DNA of 20,000 nt from an uncultured virus (IMG/VR IMGVR_UViG_3300035502_000179) (taxonomy: Duplodnaviria > Heunggongvirae > Uroviricota > Caudoviricetes). The stretch lies in the IMG/VR virus record IMGVR_UViG_3300035502_000179. One strand, given 5' to 3'. Below the pieces are notes generated by a model. It had not been told where the DNA came from and made no database searches. It saw nothing but the letters and a program-made list of their open reading frames with translations. Below are positions 15,157-20,000 of the stretch, in pieces. The translations under genes and the position numbers were made by a program. How positions within the stretch are numbered: position 1 is the first letter of the stretch; each line of letters opens with the position of its first letter.

Positions 15157-15172
15157 TTAAGGAGATAAATAT

Positions 15173-15679
15173 ATGGAAAAGATTAAGCGTCCTTTAATCG
15201 CTCACTTTTTAGATACTGCTGAGACTCACGATGGTTTTAGTGGTGCTACTTGGACTCGCATTGGTACTAATGTTACTGATATGAGCATTGATTACGGCGC
15301 ACAGACTGAGACTGAGCAAGACATTGTGTCTAACTCTGCTTCTACTGATGTTACTGGCTATCAGCCTACTGCCGCTGTGTCTCAGCAATGCACTAAGGAC
15401 GAGCCTATTTTTGAGTACATCACTAAGCTGAGACGTAATCGTGCAATTCTTGGTGATGCTCAAACTTATATGCTGAATGTTGACCTTTGGGACGGCTCTG
15501 CTGACGAGGGTTATTCTGCCGAGGTTCAGCAAGTGTCTGTGCAAGTCGATAGCTACGGCGGTGCTGGTGGCGAGACTCCCACTCAAGAGTTCACCATCAA
15601 CTTTATTGGCGACCCTGTTAAGGGCACTGCAAAGATTACTGGCGGCAAGGTTTCTTTCACCGAAGCATCTTCTCTGTAA
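15173..15679 (+). CDS. Major tail (tube) protein
   Basis: Strong RBS AAGGAG, biased codons like the capsid gene, 168 aa, located before the chaperones. Motifs V.SYGG and G.P..GT. Confidence 0.88.
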   Translation: MEKIKRPLIAHFLDTAETHDGFSGATWTRIGTNVTDMSIDYGAQTETEQDIVSNSASTDVTGYQPTAAVSQQCTKDEPIFEYITKLRRNRAILGDAQTYMLNVDLWDGSADEGYSAEVQQVSVQVDSYGGAGGETPTQEFTINFIGDPVKGTAKITGGKVSFTEASSL

Positions 15680-15730
15680 TCTTTGATTAAATGAACCCGA
15701 AGAACAATATAATTGCCACGGAGGTTAAAG

Positions 15731-16138
15731 ATGGCTGAAAAACTTAGAATTGTAGTAGATAATGTAACTCTTGAAGTCAATGATAATGGAGATACGATTG
15801 TCTTACCGCTCGGTGATGAACGGTTTATTAAGCGTGTTTACGACTACGCCGAAAAGATGCAAAACGGCGCAGAAGAATTAAGTAAAAAGCAATCAGAAGA
15901 TGATATAATTGGCACAATAACCGCTGATATAGAATATCACGATATGCTAAAAACTGAGTTCGACAGCGTGTTTGGCACTGGCGCGTACAATAAGGTATAT
16001 GGCGATAACATTGTAGTTGGCGTTGAATATATCATACAATTTATTGGCCAGATAATGCCTTATGTGCAGAAGCATCAAGCTAATCGTAGCACAAAGTTAA
16101 GTAAATACAGTGCAAATCGCACGGGGTCATCTTTATAA
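15731..16138 (+). CDS. Tail assembly chaperone
   Basis: RBS GGAGGT. Position between the major tail and tape measure genes. Motif D.VFG.GA..KV.G. Confidence 0.82.
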   Translation: MAEKLRIVVDNVTLEVNDNGDTIVLPLGDERFIKRVYDYAEKMQNGAEELSKKQSEDDIIGTITADIEYHDMLKTEFDSVFGTGAYNKVYGDNIVVGVEYIIQFIGQIMPYVQKHQANRSTKLSKYSANRTGSSL

Positions 16139-16145
16139 AAATGTT

Positions 16146-16197
16146 TGCCCACAATATGAGTAGTGGTTGCCCCACAAAAATATTGTGGGCATTTTTT
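16146..16197 (+). terminator. Terminator-like hairpin between the two chaperone genes
   Basis: Perfect 12-bp stem TGCCCACAATAT/ATATTGTGGGCA followed by T6, with inner stem GTGG-ttgcc-CCAC. Confidence 0.6.
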
Positions 16198-16206
16198 GGT
16201 GATAAA

Positions 16207-16770
16207 ATGTTTAACATATTACTTGATAAGCTACCAAATGAATATGAGGGCTATTTAATTAGACCATCTTTCAGAATTGGTATGCAAATCTGCCTTTGCA
16301 TGGACGACCCAGACTATACAGATGAAGAAAAAGCATACATATGCTTAAACCTGCTTTACGGTAATGGTGTGCCTGATATAGAGACTGCTGTTAAAGGTTT
16401 ACAATGGTTTATGGCTTGTGGTAATCCTGAACATAAAACTGTTGGCGAAAATAAAACCCTGTTTTATTGGGACTTTGATGCTGCAAGATTGTTTAGTTCA
16501 TTCAAACAAACCTACGGCATTGACTTACATAAAGTAGACTTGCATTGGTTTGAGTTTATAGCCATGATAGGCAGTTTAGATAAAGATAGCGCCTTTCAAA
16601 AGGCAGTTGAAATAAGAGGGTACGATATGAAAGACCTTAGGGGTAAACATCGTACCGATATGCAAAATATGAAGAAAAATCTGACTCCCGAAAAGAAGTT
16701 AAGTGACGAGGAGCAAAAACAACTTGACGAATTTGACCTACTTCTTGCTGGGGGTGACGTAAATGGCTGA
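16207..16770 (+). CDS. A118 Gp15-family protein (second tail chaperone)
   Basis: Motifs N.LLD.LP, I...FR, F..D...L.S.F.Q.YGIDL....LHW.EF and IR. RBS GGTGA precedes ATG 16207. Confidence 0.88.
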   Translation: MFNILLDKLPNEYEGYLIRPSFRIGMQICLCMDDPDYTDEEKAYICLNLLYGNGVPDIETAVKGLQWFMACGNPEHKTVGENKTLFYWDFDAARLFSSFKQTYGIDLHKVDLHWFEFIAMIGSLDKDSAFQKAVEIRGYDMKDLRGKHRTDMQNMKKNLTPEKKLSDEEQKQLDEFDLLLAGGDVNG

Positions 16771-19700
16771 TGGAAAAGTTAGCATTCGAATGAATGCTGA
16801 TGTAAAAGATTTAAATAAACAGTTGAATGCTGTTTCAAAAGAATTTAAGAAGTCCGCCGATGCCGTTGACAAATACCAGAAAAAGCTTGATGAATTAGAG
16901 AGAATTAAGTTTTCTACAGCCTTTGGTGTTTCGACACAGGCTGAGCTTAATGCACAGCGTGAAGCTCTTGCTAAAAACCTTTCAGACAAAGAGAAATTAT
17001 TAGCTGACTATGTAAGTGAGTATAAGAAGTTTCAATCTTTAACATCCCAGTACGGCGAATTATATGACTTTTCGCAACAAAAAGGGGTAAATAAAGGTTT
17101 AACTACCATAAAAGCCAATAAAATGGGCATAGATATGAGCGAGTATAATAAATATGTAGCTCAAATTTCTGCCATGGATGACAAATTAGCCGAATTAAAA
17201 AGCGCAGTTGCCAGTGCAAAAGAGAGTTTAACTGGGTTTGACCAACAAGTGGCTATGTCTACGGACGTATACAATAATTTTGCTTCTATAAGTGGTGCTA
17301 ATGCCGATATACAACAACGTATCGACGAGGCAAAGAAAAGTCTTAGCATTGAAGAACAGTTAGTTGCTGAACTAAAAAGTAAATATACAGAACTTAACTC
17401 AAAAATATCTGACATCGAAGCTGAAAAACAGGTAATTTCCGCAATTAACACCATAAAAAAGTTTATTTCAGCACTTATAGCACCGATTAAAAAAGTTGCA
17501 AGTGCTGTTCATACCGCGTTTGGCGCAGTAGCTAAAAAAGCAGTTGAGTCACTTATTTCTCCATTTAAGAAATTAGGTAAGTCCATACAATCTTTCGGAA
17601 AAAGATTAAAATTCGCTGCTTTACAAGGTTTAGTTTTTAGACAGGTTAGAACTTATCTGAGCAACTTATTGCAAACTATTGGAACTTATCTAAAAACAAA
17701 TGCAAAGTTTGTGGCCTCTCTAAACCAGTTAAAAGGCACGGCAATAACCGCTTTTCAGCCTTTATTAAATGCTGCAATACCTATTTTAATAAAACTGATA
17801 AATTGGGTTCAGATTGCCATAACTTATATATCTGCGTTGCTATCTTTGTTTAAGGGGTTAAGCAAAGCATCTTCCAGTAGCGCAAAAGCCATGTACGACC
17901 AAGCAGAAGCTATGGAATCTGCTGGAGGTTCAGCTGATAAGTTTTTAGCTTCGTTCGATACTATAGAAAAAGTCACATCTGGTGGGGGCGGTGGTTCTGC
18001 TACTGATACGCCTACTTTTGACTTTGATGTTGATAACGTATCAGAAGGTTTCCAACAGCTTCTTGATAAGATTTCTCTTGGCGACTGGTATGGTACGGGA
18101 ATGGAAGTAGCTAAGAAACTTGACGAAATTATTAGCAACGCCAATTCTTGGATTACTACCACATTCACGCCTTGGTGTACTGCTGCTGGCACAGATATAG
18201 CAGACTTGCTGAATGGAATGGTTGATGGTGCATTAGCAGCACCTGATTTGGCTCAGTTAGGAACTTTAGTTGGAAACTTTTTTAACGCAATATCAGGAGA
18301 GTTAAAAAATTTTGCCGAAACTTTTAATTTCTCTGAGGCGGGTATGCTGTTAGCAAGGCAAGTAAATACATTTTTCTCTACGGTAGATGCATCTCAATTT
18401 GCCGATGCCGCCAACGGAATAATCGGAGGATTATTTCAAAGCCTAATTAGTTTCTTAGAAACCACAAATTGGACACAAATTGGCTCAAAAATTGGGGAGT
18501 TTTTAAGGGACTTAGATTGGAGCACCTTATTGAACGACGCCTGTACTGCAATAAAAGATGCAATAATTGGTGGAATTTCCATCATAGAGGGCGCAACAGG
18601 ACTAGATTTTCAATGGATAAAAGATGGGCTTGATGATGTATTTGACGGCATGGGTGACATTATCGACTTAGTGTCAGGTAACACTTCCGTATCTGAGTGG
18701 TTTTCTCAGTTATCCGATGGGCAAGAAGTATTAGTTATTCTGGCGGGTGCAATAGCGGGGGTTGTAACTGCTTTAACGGTTTTGCAAACGCTTACAGCCA
18801 TAGCCACATTTATTCAAAATGTTAAATCGCTGGACAGTAGCGCGGGAATTTTTGGAAAGCTTTTACAAGTTATTACATTGACATCCTCCGGTTGTGGTAC
18901 ATTGTCAGAGGCTTTTACCACTATTTTTGGTGCGGTCACTACTAAAATTATAGGAATTACAGCAATCGTTGCAGGAGCAGTTACTGCGGTAACAAATTTT
19001 ATTAGTATGCTACAAGGTGGCTTTTCTTGGGCAAAAGAGGCATTGATGGTGGTCGGAATACTAATTGCAGCTTTAGGTGCCATTATATTAGGCGCACCGG
19101 CTACAGTAGCACTTGTCGTTGCTGGAATTGTTGCTGCTGTTGGGACGTTAGTTGTTCTAATAAAGGAACACTGGGACTCCATTGTAGAAGGTGTAAGCGG
19201 GGTATGGGAAAAAGTTAGTGAAATATTCAGCGATTTATGGGAAGATATAAAGGAGATATGGGAAAGCGTTTCGGCATGGTTTGATGAGACGGTGATTACT
19301 CCCGTATGTGACTTTTTTACCGATTTGTACAAAGATGTTAGTAAATACTTCAGTGACCTCTGGGAAGATATAAAAGGGGTATGGAGCAGCGTTTCTACAT
19401 GGTTTTCCACAAATGTTATTGAGCCAATTACAAGCTTCTTTAAGGGCATTTATGATGATGTGTCTAAGTGGTTTAAAACTACCGTATCCCCAAAACTCAC
19501 CGCCACATACTGGACAGATAAGTTTTCTGGAATAAAGGATGGTATGAAGTCCGCAATGAATAGTGTGATTAGTCATGTGGAAAGCGCAATAAATAAAATC
19601 ATTCGAGCGCTAAATAACCTTAGTATTAAATTGCCGGAATTTTTAGGCGGCGGCACAATAGGGTTCAACATCTCTGAAGTGAAGCTTCCTCGCCTTGCGC

Positions 19701-19948
19701 AAGGCTCAGTTGTTAATCCGGGTCATGAATTTGCGGCAATACTTGGTGATAACAGGTATGAGCAAGAAGTTGTTTCGCCACTGTCTACCATGAAGCAAGC
19801 ATTTATTGAGGCATTGGCTGAAAGCGGCTATTCTAATAGCGGTAGACCTGTTGTACTGCAAATAGATGGCACAACTTTTGCAAGAATAACTAATCCGTAT
19901 ATGGCAAAAGAAAATACCAGAATTGGTATTAAAGCTATGGGGGTATAA
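16763..19948 (+). CDS. Tail tape measure protein (1061 aa)
   Basis: MADG.V.I start, coiled coil, LASFD.I..., hydrophobic segment, 11-residue W/F periodic repeats and C-terminal P.LA.G.V. Confidence 0.95.
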   Translation: MADGKVSIRMNADVKDLNKQLNAVSKEFKKSADAVDKYQKKLDELERIKFSTAFGVSTQAELNAQREALAKNLSDKEKLLADYVSEYKKFQSLTSQYGELYDFSQQKGVNKGLTTIKANKMGIDMSEYNKYVAQISAMDDKLAELKSAVASAKESLTGFDQQVAMSTDVYNNFASISGANADIQQRIDEAKKSLSIEEQLVAELKSKYTELNSKISDIEAEKQVISAINTIKKFISALIAPIKKVASAVHTAFGAVAKKAVESLISPFKKLGKSIQSFGKRLKFAALQGLVFRQVRTYLSNLLQTIGTYLKTNAKFVASLNQLKGTAITAFQPLLNAAIPILIKLINWVQIAITYISALLSLFKGLSKASSSSAKAMYDQAEAMESAGGSADKFLASFDTIEKVTSGGGGGSATDTPTFDFDVDNVSEGFQQLLDKISLGDWYGTGMEVAKKLDEIISNANSWITTTFTPWCTAAGTDIADLLNGMVDGALAAPDLAQLGTLVGNFFNAISGELKNFAETFNFSEAGMLLARQVNTFFSTVDASQFADAANGIIGGLFQSLISFLETTNWTQIGSKIGEFLRDLDWSTLLNDACTAIKDAIIGGISIIEGATGLDFQWIKDGLDDVFDGMGDIIDLVSGNTSVSEWFSQLSDGQEVLVILAGAIAGVVTALTVLQTLTAIATFIQNVKSLDSSAGIFGKLLQVITLTSSGCGTLSEAFTTIFGAVTTKIIGITAIVAGAVTAVTNFISMLQGGFSWAKEALMVVGILIAALGAIILGAPATVALVVAGIVAAVGTLVVLIKEHWDSIVEGVSGVWEKVSEIFSDLWEDIKEIWESVSAWFDETVITPVCDFFTDLYKDVSKYFSDLWEDIKGVWSSVSTWFSTNVIEPITSFFKGIYDDVSKWFKTTVSPKLTATYWTDKFSGIKDGMKSAMNSVISHVESAINKIIRALNNLSIKLPEFLGGGTIGFNISEVKLPRLAQGSVVNPGHEFAAILGDNRYEQEVVSPLSTMKQAFIEALAESGYSNSGRPVVLQIDGTTFARITNPYMAKENTRIGIKAMGV

Positions 19949-19951
19949 TAA

Positions 19952-20000
19952 ATGGCAAAATCAGTATTCTCGATTGACGGCATAGAATACCCCCATATTA
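19952..20000 (+). CDS. Start of the next tail gene (likely distal tail protein), truncated by the window
   Basis: RBS GGGGG. MAKSVFSIDGIEYPHI... Position after the tape measure gene. Confidence 0.65.
   Translation, partial: MAKSVFSIDGIEYPHI

Noticed and set aside
1..20000. tRNA, rRNA, integrase, transposase, DGR or intron
   Set aside because: I recognised no cloverleaf, reverse transcriptase, recombinase or interrupted core gene in the window.

Overview
This window is part of a tailed dsDNA phage (siphovirus-type, A118/SPP1-like head and tail) of a low-GC Firmicute, probably Clostridia. Positions 1-6650 hold two convergent early/accessory regions. On the + strand are a short replication-initiator-like wHTH gene with an origin-like repeat region, several small hypothetical genes, a pentapeptide-repeat protein and a self-contained 192-aa gene. 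On the - strand are a HAD/SAK-type phosphatase, small Cys-rich proteins and gene remnants. Positions 6677-20000 are the morphogenesis operon: TerL, portal, metallophosphoesterase, Com-like zinc ribbon, membrane protein, scaffold, major capsid, neck/tail-completion proteins, major tail, chaperones, tape measure and the start of the next tail gene. The most unusual observation is non-coding. Both early transcription units begin with a consensus sigma-A promoter and a ~105-nt leader. The two leaders differ in sequence but share one predicted architecture: alternative 5' stems, a terminator-like hairpin, and perfectly complementary 6-nt loops (TGGCAG/CTGCCA and TGGTGG/CCACCA). Each leader is followed by its own array of palindromic iteron-like repeats and an AT-rich tract, and the second unit has no initiator gene. 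All calls are by eye, without database searches.
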